Shown piece by piece: positions 12,177 to 26,416 of a stretch of 64,000 nucleotides of DNA. How positions within the stretch are numbered: position 1 is the first letter of the stretch; the number at the start of each line of letters is the position of its first letter. The notes beneath the pieces were generated by a model. It was not told the origin of the DNA. It worked only from the letters and a program-made list of their open reading frames with translations, and searched no databases. The DNA is taken from the NCBI GenBank assembly GCA_036172245.1, contig JAYWIR010000001.1, positions 2,480,001-2,544,000 of the forward strand. The letters run 5' to 3'. Both the position numbers and the translations under genes were made by a program. This stretch comes from Raillietiella orientalis. Taxonomy: Eukaryota.

Positions 12177-15100
12177 ATTTTATTCCGGAAAGCTCTTAAT
12201 TAAATGCATGTTCCTTGTTCTCGTGAGTTTCTCGTTACTTCGATTTTCATGACGATTACATCTTTCGGGAAGAACTTCAAAGAACCCATTGCAAGAACTT
12301 TTTAAGTTACAAATGTGGCATGGATTGTATTTGTGGAGCACGCTCCTTTTCTCGTCAAAATCCCGGTAGCTTCCAGGCAATACGAGGTTAAGGAATCACT
12401 TGTGCTGGAATGGATGCATCACATGAGCGATTCCGTGCCAGAGTTCCGAATCTCACGTATCTACACAAATATGTTTGTAGGAGTCCATTCTAAACATAAA
12501 AACCTACATTACACGTACTGGGAAGGAAACACACACACAATTCACAAATCTTTTGGTGGGTACTGAGGGGTAGGCAATAAAAAGTACTAGAAATCTAGTT
12601 TTCCACAAACCAATCATTTCACGCCCATCTTGAACGTCGCGCCAAGAAAATGCAGGGCTCCAATTTCTCTGAGGATATTAAAATATTTTAATGCATTTCA
12701 GCACAATCATTCAAACCTCATTGTATTATTATTGCATGCAAATAATACTTTATTTGAAATGTCCCATTATGTATTACCATGATTTGTTAATTCTTATCAA
12801 AAATTCGAGCCTTCGTAGCATTTTTTAATAGTCAAGACTATGCTCTAAACTGAATCTATATTTGGAAGAGAAATTTCATGCTAGCAACCAAAACTAAAGT
12901 TTGGAGTTCTGATTGATTTTGGTATCATGTGAACAGTTTCATCGAATTTTTCTTTACTTTGCAAACTCAGTAATTTTTTTCATTGGAATCTTGACCCATT
13001 GAGTAAATAAATACTTTTTCAAGTTCACAGTGCTCTTCTGTTTGTGCTTTAAAAATTAGAAATTCCATGGAAACCATTGGAATTACTGAACAAAGCCAAC
13101 TAAATGTTACAAAACACATCTCGGGTTTCTTCGGAAAAGTTTCAAATTAGTGTGTTCATTCAAAACAATATGTATACAATGTTCTAAGTGATAATTACAT
13201 TTCATTTCTCTCCATCTGTGTAGAAATGCACATTAGAATATCTGATATTGAATGTATGTATTTTTAAATCCCCAAAATTATTAATGCTAGTGCCACATGG
13301 TAGGTATCTTCACCTAAACTTTCTTCGGACAAGACAGAATACTATACTTCAGCATTTCATGCATCATGACTTGGTAAGGATATGCATGTAAGTTGATAAA
13401 GGAATTCAGTGGAGTAGTTAAGATGTGTTTGCATTAGTGCTCTGTTTCCCTGAAATGATGATTTCTCTCAAATATCAATATCCATGATCGTATCTACAGA
13501 TTCAATTTCATAATGCATTTCAATCTGTTCACTGATCGCAACGATCCATTTCAAAGGATATTTTACCCCCTAATTGCATGACACTTATAGAAGTTAAAGC
13601 CGATACTGTAAGTAAACAATACCATAATGCAAATCAGGTGAACAGAATAAAAGTTCATTGTAATAAGAGCAAACAGTTAAGAACACAAAAAACAGTTCTC
13701 ATTGATTCGCACCATATTATTGAAATGCTTAGAAACCCACTCTGTATTTGTGAGTATGTTTCAAAATGCAATTTATTACATGAATAATTGACATGTCTAG
13801 TGAAGCACAGGCACAAAAAAAGGGTGCTGAAAAAAAGTCATGAATAGTCAACCGAGAAAAAAGGTACCGAGAGTGGACTTTCCGTTCATTTTATTATTAG
13901 GATGGTACTTGCAAGCACTTCTATAAAGATCTTAAGATACTATAGAAGCATGAAAACTCCAAGAGTGCTGTGATGTGTTTGACCAAGTATTGTCTTTCTT
14001 TTTAGCTGTTTAAATGAGATATCCAGGAGAAAACAAAAATAATTTTCCAACTAGTGCGATAATAATAAAATTAAGAAAACAAAGCTACAAGCAGAAAATG
14101 TATTTTGTTTTTGAAGCAAAAGCACATGTTCGGACACTACCCGAATTGTAGTGCAGTCAGTATCCACAATGGGTTTTAGAAGGTTTTAGATGAGGATTTC
14201 TTGCAGGCAACACCAAAATCTCTAGCGCTAAAAATCTATTAAACACAGAACTCTCGGTGGAGACAATTAGTAGGAATTTCAGAAGTTCATCGCTACATCT
14301 TCCCAAGAGCTGGTTACAAAAGCATACGTTGGCTGTGAGTGTCTAGTCCTGTGGACACAGGAAGGTGGTGTTATTTGGGCAGAATGAACGTGTACATATT
14401 TGTTTGACCAAACCTTTCTTAATGCGAACAAAACAGGATTCACAACTACTAGGAGGCTGAATTTCATGGCCATGGATGATGTGATCTTGTACGAAGAGAG
14501 TATCAAAAAACAAGAACCTGTCTTCTTTTTTCTTATTGTAATCTCATTCCGTTCTCTTTCCAGTACCAATCAAGGAATAAACTATTTTCTGTTGTTTCTA
14601 TACTAAAAGAAAATGGAAAAACACAAGCGGGGCAGTCTCTCATTCGGTTTCGTTTTCAGTTCCCCTAGGTGGCTGATGGACATCTATGAACAAGGAGCTA
14701 AACTGAACAGCCAGGATACATGGTTCGTCAGTAGCTCTCAAGAGGAGGCAAATTGACCTAATTTTCGTTGCAGAGAAAGAAGAAAATAATCTTCCCAAAG
14801 ATGCGGTTTTATTATCTGTGAAAACAGGAATCTCGAGGTAATCGGCTGTGTTTATTTCTATGAAACCTTTTACAGCTGAAGAAAGTTAGAAACATCTTTC
14901 GTTGGCGTGGTTTGATTTTTTTTTGTGCCTGAATTAAATCATCATAATGAAATTCTATATCATCATTTGGATGTATTTCATCATAAGGAACGTGGCACAT
15001 TCACGCACGTTAAGGAAAGTACATGAAGTAGCTAGCAGGGATGCTTGTCCAGCTTAAATGCATTTTACATCTGGAAAAGGGGAACCGCGTTGTATTGTGC

Positions 15101-16021
15101 AGCTGTAATACAATGTATTACAGCCCATGTACATCTTTCCCAAGGGAAGCTCATCCTACAAAACGTCATGCTTCACTTGCTTTTGTAAGCATTTTGCTAA
15201 ATGTTTGCGAACTGTTGCATCCATATAGGTCTAACGTTTGAAAAATTCGCAGCAAGTGGCAAACTGCACATATGCATTCCGTCAACTCATTTCTTTAATG
15301 GGGCGATCGAGGTAGAGTGCATTTCTGCAATGCAAGCAAGACTGCCCTTTGCTCCAACCCTTATTTAGGGAGGGTTATGGCAACGGTGCATATTCCCGGC
15401 TAAGCACCGAAGTGAGGCACTGCACTCTACACTCTATTGGGTGTTCTGGAAAGAAAGAAAGAAACGAAAACTTTGCTTCGGAAGGATTTTATCAAAAGAC
15501 GAATATATTTTGGTTGCACTTCTGGCTTTCCGAAAAATGTTTAATGCATGCATGCTAGTGATAATGTTTGTCAATGTAATGATAGCAAATTTGCATTTGT
15601 CGCCACAAAACTTCGATATTGGAAAGTAGCAATAGGTGAAGTCGCCAGTTTTTCTTCCTTGAATTAAGGCAAAATAGGGTGGGTTTTAATCTCTAATAGG
15701 TGTGCATCCTAATCCTTAGAGGAGGATGGGAGGCTGTAATCTCAGTTCATTCTCTAGAGCCTTTAGTAGGGCAGGTAGTCATAGCAGGACGATGGGAGCA
15801 AGACGGTTCGTCTGCTAATGATGAGGGTCGAAAGAGACCTCTTCCGAGGCAGGATAGAAGATGACGCCCCACGCCGGTTTGGAGGGATGAACGAGTCAAA
15901 GAGAAACAGGGATCGAGCACGCGTGCAGGACGAGTAGGCATGTGGTCAAGAAGCGTTAATGATTGTGGTGAAGCAATTCCGTGACATGAGTTTCGAGTCC
16001 ATCCTCACACACGTTGCTTTG

Positions 16022-16056
16022 ACCGCTCCTCGGCCTTTTTTGACTAAGATCGAAGT
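16022..16056 (+). pseudogene. U2: 3'-truncated U2 snRNA fragment (about the first 33 nt)
   Basis: ACCGCTCCTCGGCCTTTTTTGACTAAGATCGAAGT versus the U2 5' end ATCGCTTCTCGGCCTTTTGGCTAAGATCAAAGT: 4 substitutions and a 2-nt insertion. Similarity stops at the branch-point-pairing GTAGTA. Confidence 0.75.
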
Positions 16057-16389
16057 AAATGAAGATGGATGCATTTTGTTTGTTTTTTTTTAAAAAAGGG
16101 GGTCACTAGCAATGAAGGTGTAAACTTATATCATAGAGGCCTTCCTGTCTCGTCTCTTTTGCTTATCCTGTGATGTTGAAGATTCTTTCATCATGAGTGG
16201 TGACCCTTCTGATATACCCGATGAGTGCCCCTGGTCTACCGAAAACTCGAGCAGACGATTTCTTTTCCGGTTTGCTTCTTGGGAGTTTTCAGTTCCCTCA
16301 ACGCCTTGTCTCTCTCCTGATCCCAACACCCCAGAGATCCTATAACGATTGTTCTTGTAGTCGTGGGCCCATCTCCATGAGAGGAGAAA

Positions 16390-19300
16390 CTTTATTGTTC
16401 GTTTGGTATGATTACAAATCATATGCAAGCGGTTCTGGACAGTCTTCCGTAGTTGATATTTTCTTCATGGGGTTTCGCTGACTTGCTGGAAATCCTCCGG
16501 TGGAAGATCATTATCTAAACCCTCGAAGAGTTGTCGTTTTTCTTCTTCAAGTGTGTGGCACATATGGAGCTTAAGTACCGGATACAGGTGGTCACCATCC
16601 GATGTCTCGGTTCTACAAGCTTTCTCTTCGGTATTCCCAAGTACTGGATTACTTGTTCATTAGCAGGATCCCATGCTTCCAGAGAGCCGACGATGATCGC
16701 ATGTACTTTTGTTTGTTTTCCACTACTTCCGAGTTGCAATACGATATCCCTATATTTCTCTTTGTTTTTTCTGGCTGTGCCGAACGTCTCCTTGCCATTT
16801 TCATATGGGCAGCAGAAGTCCAGCACACTTATTAGATTTTCTTTTTCTAAAACCAGATCTGGTTGAGGTCTGGCTTTCCTGGTATTCTCAGGCTGCTCGA
16901 GATAAGACTCCACTTTGCTTCATCCACTGCGGCCTTCCTGATGATCTCTTGGATCGAATCATGACGTTGCATCGTTAGAGGAACGTGCTTCTTGCATCTG
17001 TTTGGTACGTGGGATAGCGCTTCGTTCTCTGTCCCACATCGCCGACAGGTGCGTTCATGTCCTTTTTTGGTTGGTCCAGCGTTGATTGGCAGTAAGTTTA
17101 GTCTTGTTGCATGGATAAACTTGTAATCCTGAAATCTTAGGTGGATTCCGTTCGTGTGAAAAGAGCACGAGGAGTGATGCATGCCCACTCACTGCATGAC
17201 TTTTTCCCTTGACTAATGTGGTTTGGGATTAGGGATTGCCATGCGTGTCCTTCTGCAATGATCTCACGCCGGAGGTGATCGTCCTTCTTGTTGCGCTGGT
17301 AAAGATTACGCCGTCAACTGTTATACGGGGTTCTTGTTGAAATTCTCAGCGGACTTTGACTCTTCTAAAGGTCTTCCTTTCGTCCAGGGACTCTCTATAT
17401 CATTCCCGGGTTGTGTGGTTTCCATGTGTAGAGTACCCGTCATAAATTCCCCGAGGTTTTCATCTGTCGGGATTTCATGGGTTCGTTTCTGGACTATTTC
17501 TTCCAAGGTATCGTGTGCTAACTTCATTACCACATTGTCTGATGGGGTGAGAAGTTTGAAGCAGCTATTTATGGTGAAGAGGTGATTCTCCAGCTATCTT
17601 CATTAGTCCTAGGCAGCCTTTACTTCTTTCTCCATACAAGTACTCATTCGCTGCCCAGGGTGGTAGGTGTAAGGCCTTTATTTTCTTCCTGACTTCTTCG
17701 TCTATATGCTGCCACTCTTCTTTTCGATGAGTTCCCAGCCTCTTGTAATGAACTAGTCTGGGGTAGAAGAAGGTTTTCATCGCGTCTATTTTCTGCCACC
17801 CTGAGAGTTCACTCTTTAGTATGACATTCGCCTTCTGGCAGATGTCCTCCTTGGATGGTTGAGAATTGAATACCTCAACACCAAAGGGTTTTCCCAAGTA
17901 TTTGTACGCCCGTGATAAGGCGATACAAGGAATTTTCCCTTCTTTCAGCTGGATTTCAACGTTCCTTGAACCTTTCGGAGCCCTCCCGCTGTAGAATAAT
18001 GAGGCGCATCTAGCCGGGTTGATGGATTGCTTCACTAATTTTTGGAAATGTGCTACCATTTTTTTGACTACTGATTCTTCTTTGCCCAGTATGACTATGT
18101 CGTCTGCGTAAGCCATTATCGCATCATCCTCATAGTATTGTCTCATTGAGCAGAGGATGGGTTCTATAGAGATAATAAATAGGAGTGAGCTTAGAGGACA
18201 TCCTTGCTCCACTCCGCGCCGCACGGAGAAGGTTTCTGTCTTTTCCAGTTATATGAAGGCTGAACTTCCTGTATACGCTTCTTGGATAATATCCATTAGT
18301 TCTTCTCCTGCGCCTGCTTCATTTAGTGTTTCCATGATTGTTTCGTAGAAAACTGTGCCGAAGGCATTCGCGAAGTCTATAAAGACTGCGCAGAAATCCT
18401 TCGACCGGCGGCGAGCAGCATCCAGTCTTATTTGCAAGACGAAGTTCTGTTCTAGCACTCCATTGAAGGGAAGGAAGCCCTTCTGTTGAGTGCCGATGAT
18501 CTCGTTTTCCAGAATCAATCTTCTTCTTCGGGTGGCCAAGCATTTGGCATCTGTAGGCACTGTTGCCAATGGATATTGGCCTCCAGCTGGAGATGTCTTC
18601 TGCTGCTGATGGGTTCTTCACTATGAGTATTGTTCTGGCACACTTCCACTCTTCTGGGTTTCGCCTAAACTTTTTTAAGATATTAAAGACTACTGTAAGT
18701 ATTTCCACCTCTGGATCAATGGTCTTCCATCCTGCGTAGGTAATGCCATCTTCTTCGGGGGATGAATTCTCCTCACTTCCCGCAGTATCGCCGCTACCTC
18801 CTCCCGCGTATATAGAGTTAGGTCTACGGGGGATGCCATTTGACCTCTTCCGTATAATATCTTTTTGGGGAGCTCTTTGTCTGTTTCCTGTTTTGTTTCC
18901 AACTCATTCTGAAAATGCCTTTCTACCTTGCTAACCTACAGCTTACAAGTTGGGTCCTGCTGGCCTAAAATCTCTCTAACCGTTCTTCTATTCATGTTGT
19001 AAGCTTTTCGACTGACGATCTGTTGTTTGGGTCAATTCTCGGCTTCTTTCCGCTTTTTCTTCTGTTTTTATTCCTAGTATCTCTTGAATTTTAACTTCTA
19101 CACTCTGATATGTCAGAAGTCCTCCCAACGAGGTCTTTCATTATCTAGGATCCTCTGGAGATGAATTCGATTCTCTCTGAATTTTGAGTAGTGCGCTCTC
19201 CACGTCCACTTTCCTGTCCTGCCTTTTGTTTTCCATATTTTCTGTATAGGTTCCATTCTGCTCGTCCCTTCTGGATGTTCTCGTTTGTTCTCTTGAGCAA

Positions 19301-20150
19301 TTGTGAGGAATGACTGTCTAGAAGGAGGACGAATCACACCACACTCTGTAGTCGATGGGAGCGGGCTGTAACCGTTCCTTTCCTGTGTCTTTTTCCAGTT
19401 CTTCCTCTATCAGAGGGCCTATGATTGCTTCAAAGTTGCCAAACAGCTCTTCATCTTTTCTTGCTTCTAGCGGGGGCATCTCAGGTATTGTTTCCACCGA
19501 CGTGTCGTCATCTCGCTTCTCTGCTTCCTGGGTATTCTCCTTTTGGGTTTCTTCCCCAAGAATATTAATGGATGGAGCTTCCATTTTCACCGTGTTTAGG
19601 TGGCATCCTCCCAGCTCGTTCATGACAGACCTGATGGTTTATTAGGCCTTTTCTCGTCGAAAAGGCCATGCCACACTCCGGTCTGGTACAGATGAGCCTC
19701 GTTGACACTCGTATTGTTACTACGGGGGCAGACGAAGAGAGTTCTCCATCACAAACATGGTGCGAGGACCTTGTTAAGTGTATATCCGCACTACATCTCC
19801 TACATTTGTATTTGTTAATACATCCTCTATTCTGTGCAGGCTTATCACGTGTTTCTTTTTCTGTACTTGGAGTCGAACTAGCGTTGCCCTTGATATATAT
19901 TCGCATCCCGCGACGCCACAGGCCATTGAGGGAGCTAATGGATAAAGTAAGATGATCGCGCGAGCTTGCGGATCCCAATCTACTTTTTCCACTGTTTCCA
20001 TTTCTTCCCTTTTTCCATCCATTTCCACTTCGAGTGTTGGTGGTAACCCTGTCAGGTTTTTTCAGACGAATGGTATCCTTCAGCATAGACAGAGGGGTGC
20101 GTTATCTACCTCTCAGGGCATTATGCACGTGCAGCCTTAGCAGTTTCACA
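16390..20150 (-). mobile_element. Degenerate REL-type non-LTR retrotransposon, NeSL/Utopia-like (zinc fingers, RT, CCHC, restriction-like endonuclease)
   Basis: Frameshifted pieces in the expected order: LLYP..CGVAGC, CRRC..HHVC, CTRPECGMAFSTRKGLINH; SWRPISI; QKGFLPFNGVLEQNFVLQ; IDFANAFGTV; GVEQGCPLS; AYADD; YKYLG; FIHATRLNLLP; CRRCG..EALSHV..RHD; PDLVL..DFCCPYE..KEKY; IIVGSLEAWDP. Ends approximate. Confidence 0.92.
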
Positions 20151-20199
20151 CAAATTTCTCTTTCCTAGCGATATAAAATAGGCACCTTGCAGAACCAAC

Positions 20200-23085
20200 G
20201 ATATTCACTCACCAAGCCGCGGCAGGAGGCAAATGTCCAGTCCGTCTCTTCGGAGTAGTGAACAGGAGGGGTTCCCTTGCGGGCTCCCTCCAGAGAAGAA
20301 ATTCCTACTAGTGGATCCTTTCCGGGTTCCCTTCGGAGAAGATGAAATGGAGAGGACCATCCCCTACCAGGGGGCTCCTCTGGAGAGAATGAGGAAGGGG
20401 ATTCTCTTCGGGGTTTCCCTTCCACAATGTAAAAGGGGAAGTCGGCGTGCTGGAGAAGAAGAATCTGGCAACAGACATCTTCTGTATCCAGTACGATGGC
20501 CACAGTCGGTACACGTCGGAGGACATCGCGAACGCCTTCCAGAGCCATTACATGGAGCATTTTTGACGAAGACATCTGTGCCCGACTAATCAAGGATTTT
20601 TTCTGCGACACCTGGAAAGACGAATGAGTGAAAACCATCGGAGGATGCTTAAAGAGGAAATCTCCGAAGAAGTGAAAGCTGCGTTTGTGGAACTTTGCAA
20701 GGATATGGCGGCGGGCACTGATAGTGTCCCCATTTTCTATCAGCGGTACTTGCATGCCTACCGACGTTTGTTCCACCAGCTAACGCTCTGCATCGGACAA
20801 GAAGGACGACTTCCTGCATCCTTCTACGAGAGTAGGATGAGATTGTTGCCGAAAGGAGGTGACCTGAATACGGTTACCCAATGGAGGTCAATCTCAATCC
20901 TGAACAGCGATGCCAAGTGGTTAGCAAAGATCTGGGCTAACCGCTTAGGCAAGGTCATGCTACAGCTCATCTCTCCCGTCCAGACATGAGCAGTGCCCGG
21001 ACGCCACATGTCGTACAATGTCAAGTGTGCCCAGGCTACCATTGCTCTCAGCCGATATATCGGTGAAAACTTGGTACTGAGTTTTACTGACATGGAGAAG
21101 GCCTTCGATACGGTGGACCATGGGATGCTGCTGAAGATTCTAGGAAGACTGAGCCTCCCAGAACAATTCAGCAACTTCGTGAAGATGATACTTGAAGAGC
21201 AACGCCTTCGGATCAAGATAAACGGGGAAGAGATAGCAGCAATCCGGAAGGAGCGAGGAGTCCGCCAAGGTGACTTCTTAGTCGGATGCTGTTTGTCATA
21301 TACATGAGGTCTTCTCATCATTCATCGAGAGAAGTGGGCACCTCCGCGGAATCACTGCCGACAATCAGAGGCTCACCCATCTGGCTTACGCGGATGAACT
21401 TCTCTTCTTCCTCAAAGAGGAGAGAGATCAGCGTACGTTTCTGGATGTGCTGGAGCTTATGGAAGAAGGATTGGGCTTAAAAATCAACGCCCAGAAAAGC
21501 CAACTTTTGCCCGTCGGAATCCTGGATCTCTACATACTCATGGAGGAAGGATTCCGAAGGAAAGGAAGGAAGGAAGGATGCCAAGTACCTGGGTGTCCAC
21601 ATTGGCGACAATTCATCGTCCCAACTATTATGGAAGGGAATCCTGGAGAAAACGGCGCAAGAAGGAGCGAAGTATACCCGTTTGGACTTTAGCCTGAAGC
21701 GGAGGGCCAACCTTTGGAACGGAGTACTCCTTCCAAAGATACTCTTCGGAGCAGCCTTCTGCAGAATGCATAAAAATACCAGAAGAGAGGTAGAAAAGCT
21801 ACAAAGGAAAACCCTCTGTAGAGGTTATCGACCGAGAGTCCGCCTCAAACCACTGTGCCGTCTATCCCGGTATCCACGGTACCGGGATGAAGTCGCTTGC
21901 ACACGCTGTGGACACCGTGGACGTGCGACAACTCCTCGACATGTCGGAAAACTGGGAAGACTGGCTGTATGCAGCGCACAGGGCTTACTCGTTGATAAAT
22001 AACTCGAGAGGACTGATGATTGCGCTGCTCGGCCGAGTGGGTGAATGGGTCACCATCGACCCAACCTGGGGACGAAAGCAGCAGCTGAAGATCATACCAA
22101 GGATCAAGAAACTCTGGCAGGAGGAATCCATCCTGGTGATCCCGTGGATGCTCCTGGTATCTCCGGATACGAGGAGCTGGATCCACCAGCGGTCCAGGGT
22201 AACCTTGCATGCAGCTCAAGCATGGAGACGAGAAGAGTACCTCCACCACTCCCGAGTACTCAGACACATTGATAGGATAGCTGGGAGATTCACCCACAGG
22301 ACCCACGAAGTGTGGGAAAACCACCACAAATTCGTGTAGTACTTTCAAGAGGGTGGTCCAGGGTAACAAAGAAAAACCTATGCCGACTAATAGTCGAAGA
22401 GGAAAAAGACACCGGTGCCCTCCAAGAAGCCACCGATCGCCAAGGGAGTGCTGGGATAAACCTGTTGGCGATCGAAAGGACGCTCAGAGTGACTTGTCAC
22501 CGGATACACAGGATAACCTCCTGATGTTTTATCATGGAGGAATCCTGTGCGGGACAACCATGAAGCTATTCACGGGAAGAAAAGATGAGACCTGCAAAGC
22601 ATGTGGAGACAAGGATACAAGACTCTACGTCTTGACTTTTCCCACAATGCAACAAGAGTGTCACACCCTCAAAAGGGTTATCGGGCTGCCCATCACATCG
22701 ACCATGGGAATTTTAGCAGGCATGTTCCAAGGAAATGGGAACGTTCCCTGTTACAATCCCATGGTGAGGATGACCATCCTCTTCATCACCGCCATCCTTG
22801 TGAGGTGATGGAAGATGAAGACCACCAGGACCGCCGTATCTCCAATGGAAACCCTGAAAGGGCTTATCCAGAAGGAGATCGGCATAAGAAACTGTGGAAG
22901 AGTACAGGCCTGGAACTACCAACATATCCTGAGAAGGATTGAGGACAACGTCTAGGCATAAACAGTTCCCCAAGTGTAGTGAACCTCAGTGTTAATCTCA
23001 CGAAGCAGACTTCCAGGTGACATAAGTATCATGATTCGAGAAAATGAATGCATGAATATGTAGAGTGAATGATAAAAGAAAATAA
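20200..23085 (+). mobile_element. Degenerate, 5'-truncated L1/Tx1-like non-LTR retrotransposon ORF2
   Basis: LLPKGGDL..WRSISILNSDAKWLAKIWANRL, Q*AVPGRHM, DMEKAFDTVDH, GVRQGD, LAYADE, KYLGV and a C-terminal CKACGDKDT. Multiple stops and frameshifts; no endonuclease domain seen. Confidence 0.9.
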
Positions 23086-23109
23086 ATTCACCCCACCTCT
23101 TGTGGGACT

Positions 23110-23600
23110 TGAGGAAAAGAGGCAATAGTCCATACTTGTTCTCCAACTCCATCTTGTTTCTTCAAGCACCATTGATGAACACCATAAGGGAGAGTGAAGT
23201 CCACTGTCATTACTTTCCCTTCGTCCTGGAGCACAAGATGTGGCCTCAGTGTCTATGTTTTCGGGATGGGCTAATTGGCGGACATCGACTCCCAATGCTG
23301 TCCTCTTCGCTCACACGGACTGAACCGAATGATATGTGGCTGAAGCGATTCTTTCCCACTGAGTCCATATCTTCTGGAGTGTTTCTGCTTGAGGGATCGG
23401 GATGTTGCTGGGGATAGCCGAGTCATCGGGTGTCCTCCATTTTATCAGCAGGAAATGATGCCCGCCTGAATCAAGCCACGATCCTAACCGGGAGGAAATC
23501 TCTGGAATCTGGAATGGTGTGATGGATGTCGTCCCAGGGGTAGTTTGAAAAACAAAGCCAACATGGAAATCTGGGATGCTTTCCAGGACACATGACACAG
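23110..23600 (-). mobile_element. Decayed 3' fragment of a second REL-type (R2-group) retrotransposon
   Basis: A minus frame absent from the ORF list reads LRPHLVLQDEGKVMTVDFTLPY (RPD..D motif, D>H), then frameshifted ENKYGLL. Upstream RRYGLSGKESLQPHI resembles a decayed zinc knuckle. Confidence 0.65.
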
Positions 23601-26416
23601 GCAATCGAAGAGAGCCGCAAAAAGCTACCTCTGAACTTTTTTTTGGTGAAGGTAGAGAAATACCAAAAGGTTTGTTTGCATGGAATTTGGAGTTTTTTGA
23701 AAGCGCTTCTGGTGTCAGAATTCCTGTGATTCCTTATCTGGGAATTTAAAAATTTACACTCTTCTTGCCTTCAATAAGGAAAAAGGCTCTTCTGGTGCCA
23801 TTTCATCCCGTGATCCAATCTGCAAACCTTTCAGTTTTACTGCAGCCATTCTTCACTCTACTATCACGGAAAGCACATGGAGGAATTTCCAGAAAATGAG
23901 TGCACCCAAATATCGAAAGATGCAAGATCTGTGAATCATGGTTCCACCTCTATACTGTCTTTGCAAATCTAATGCTGTAGGCGGTGTTTGGAAGTGTTTC
24001 ATCTAAAAGCTTCCTTTTTCTTTAGACGGATGCCTTCTTGATTTATGATTTCCCTTTCTGTTCTTAGAAGCGTTCCTCAAGCCAACACTGACTTTCCCTT
24101 TCATCTTCATGTGCCTGATTTCTCGCAAAACTTTTCCCAAACAATTTTTTTCCCTAATCCCCCAGGACTTGTTACCAGTTGGAAGTGAGAGGTTTTCGTT
24201 GTCCCTTCCTCAGATACGTTTACTCTGTCTCTTCCATTGTCAGTTGTCTTTTTCTCTGTTTTGCCTCTACATTCGAGTCAACATTCCTTCCTGCCAAAAT
24301 ATCTTCATTCTTTTCCAAGACAAGAGTTCTAGCATCGCATGCTCAGTGTCTCTGTCTTCCGTCGAGGTGCCATTCTACTTGTTATCGGAACTCTTCATCC
24401 TTGAAACAGCTTACTGTGGATGAGTGAATTTGGCTTCAATGTTTGGGAACCAATGATTATTCAATGCATGAATCCATGGCATGATGGATGGTGGCATAGA
24501 AAACGGGATTTGTGATAAAATGTACATTGGTATGAAACCAAACCTTCACTTCATCTCATGTGTGAAGATTTAGGGGTTTAGAGCTCTTCATATTGAACTT
24601 TGTATCTTCTTTTGATTCAATATCCCATTAGTAGCAGCTAGACTGGGAAATTGACCTGATATTCCTTCGTCTCGGGATAGGAAGACCTGAGAACGACGTG
24701 CGGCAACATGCGTTCCACTTCCTCCAAATAAGCTCTCAATCTTTCCTCGTAAAAATGGGTACCCAGACGTGTCCGCCCTAGTGAGGAAGGGTTCAAGCGA
24801 GTTTGTGAATTCTCTGCCCAATAAGGAATGGATAGCCTAATGGAGAATGCACAGGAAGTCCACAAAGGGGAAGGTGGAACGGAAAGCTACCTCTGAACGG
24901 AAAGCAGTACTCCTACCATTCGATCCATTCTCACAACTTTTTCTTCCCGTAGTACCTGGTGGATCGGTCCCTTGAACGGTTTTAGGCAGTGGACGGCTCA
25001 ATGGAAGTCGCTCGTTTGGATCTGGCTTCTAGTGGAATCTCTCGGAGGAGCTACTGCTGCGTCTACAGGCCTTGGACAACGCCTCGTAGCTGTCTCCACA
25101 CTAACACGGAAAAAGTGCTACATGGACCCTTGCATTTTTAGCTCATGGCAAGATGAGGAGGCTCAAAGGGAGGAAGCACGCATTCTCTGCACCTTCGTTT
25201 TCCTTTTCACGTAACCCGTCATCTGTGAGGACGGAAGAAAGTCTTCTCAGTTGGATTTTTACCTCGGATGCCGAGCTGATGGCTTCACCAAGAACACCTC
25301 CTCTTGGAGCACTAAGGATCGTGCTCTGTAGGTCAAGGCACGACTGAGGGCTATTGAAGGATCAGCTCATGGTTGCAGACTCCGAATACTCCTCGGAGCT
25401 GGCATGGGGTATGAGCTGTAGGTCGGTCCTCATTTCGGACTTTGCCTGGGAAAAGGAATACACCGGAGATGAGTGCCCAGGCGGGTTGTCTGCCTGCCTG
25501 CAACGTCCATGAGCGGCGCGTGGACCTCGATGCTTCTCGATGTCGCAATTCGTTGTCGTGCCGGCCCTCACAAGCTCCACCTCCGATCTGACCCGAGTCA
25601 AGTCGAGCCAGATGCAACGAGTCTCCCTCTCCCCTCCACAACGGGAGTCGGTGACCAGCCTTAAGCCTTCCGTTTAGCGAAAGGTGGCTTATCTCGGGCA
25701 TCGAAGGTGCGGATCTTCAAGACTCTTGGGTTGTCCAAGAGAGAGCGGATTCGGGTGAAGGAGCGTTTGTCACAAGGCAAGCTTCAGGCGCGCCCGCTAC
25801 TCCGGGGGAGGAAGCGAATCGGCACCACCCTGGGCGTTTCCCGTTCCTTCGAAGGAGCCGGCGCATGAGGTGGCTCGACGGAGGAAGCAGAGCAGCTATC
25901 GCCACTGCGGCTCTTCCTTTTCGTTTGCGAAACCTTTCGATCTCTCCGTGACCTGCACTGCAGCTTTCATGCCTACTCGTTCCGCTGTTGACTTACTCTT
26001 GCTCTTGTCTCCCGCTTGTGATGCTGCTGCCGCAGCAACCAGCTGCCGGCTAGCCATCATGTCGTACGTGACGGACTCTCCGGCCCAGCAGCCCCCCGGT
26101 TCCTTCGGAGTTTTTTGGGGGAACGCTGTTCCGATGATCGCCCCTTCTCGCAGCACGCCGAGAGCACAGATCTTGGGAGCGATAACGATGTGCAAACCCT
26201 GAACACTTCCGGATTGAGGTATCCAGGAAGAATTGTCTTGGTTCTCACTTTCAAGGGTCCTACCACCTACTCCCTACTCGCTTCTTACTACAAGCAGCTT
26301 AACCGACGAAGGTTCATGGGACGTTACGTCAATCTGGTTCTGTGCGGAGAGACTGCAGCCCTGGAGTTCCAGTGTGAAGGACATCTCGACTGGCGTAGCC
26401 GGTAATCTTTTAGCGA

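Noticed and set aside
15810-15850. CTAATGATGAGGGTCGAAAGAGACC resembling a hammerhead ribozyme core
   Set aside because: No CTGANGA box, and GAAA lies in the loop rather than after stem II; stems I and III not found.
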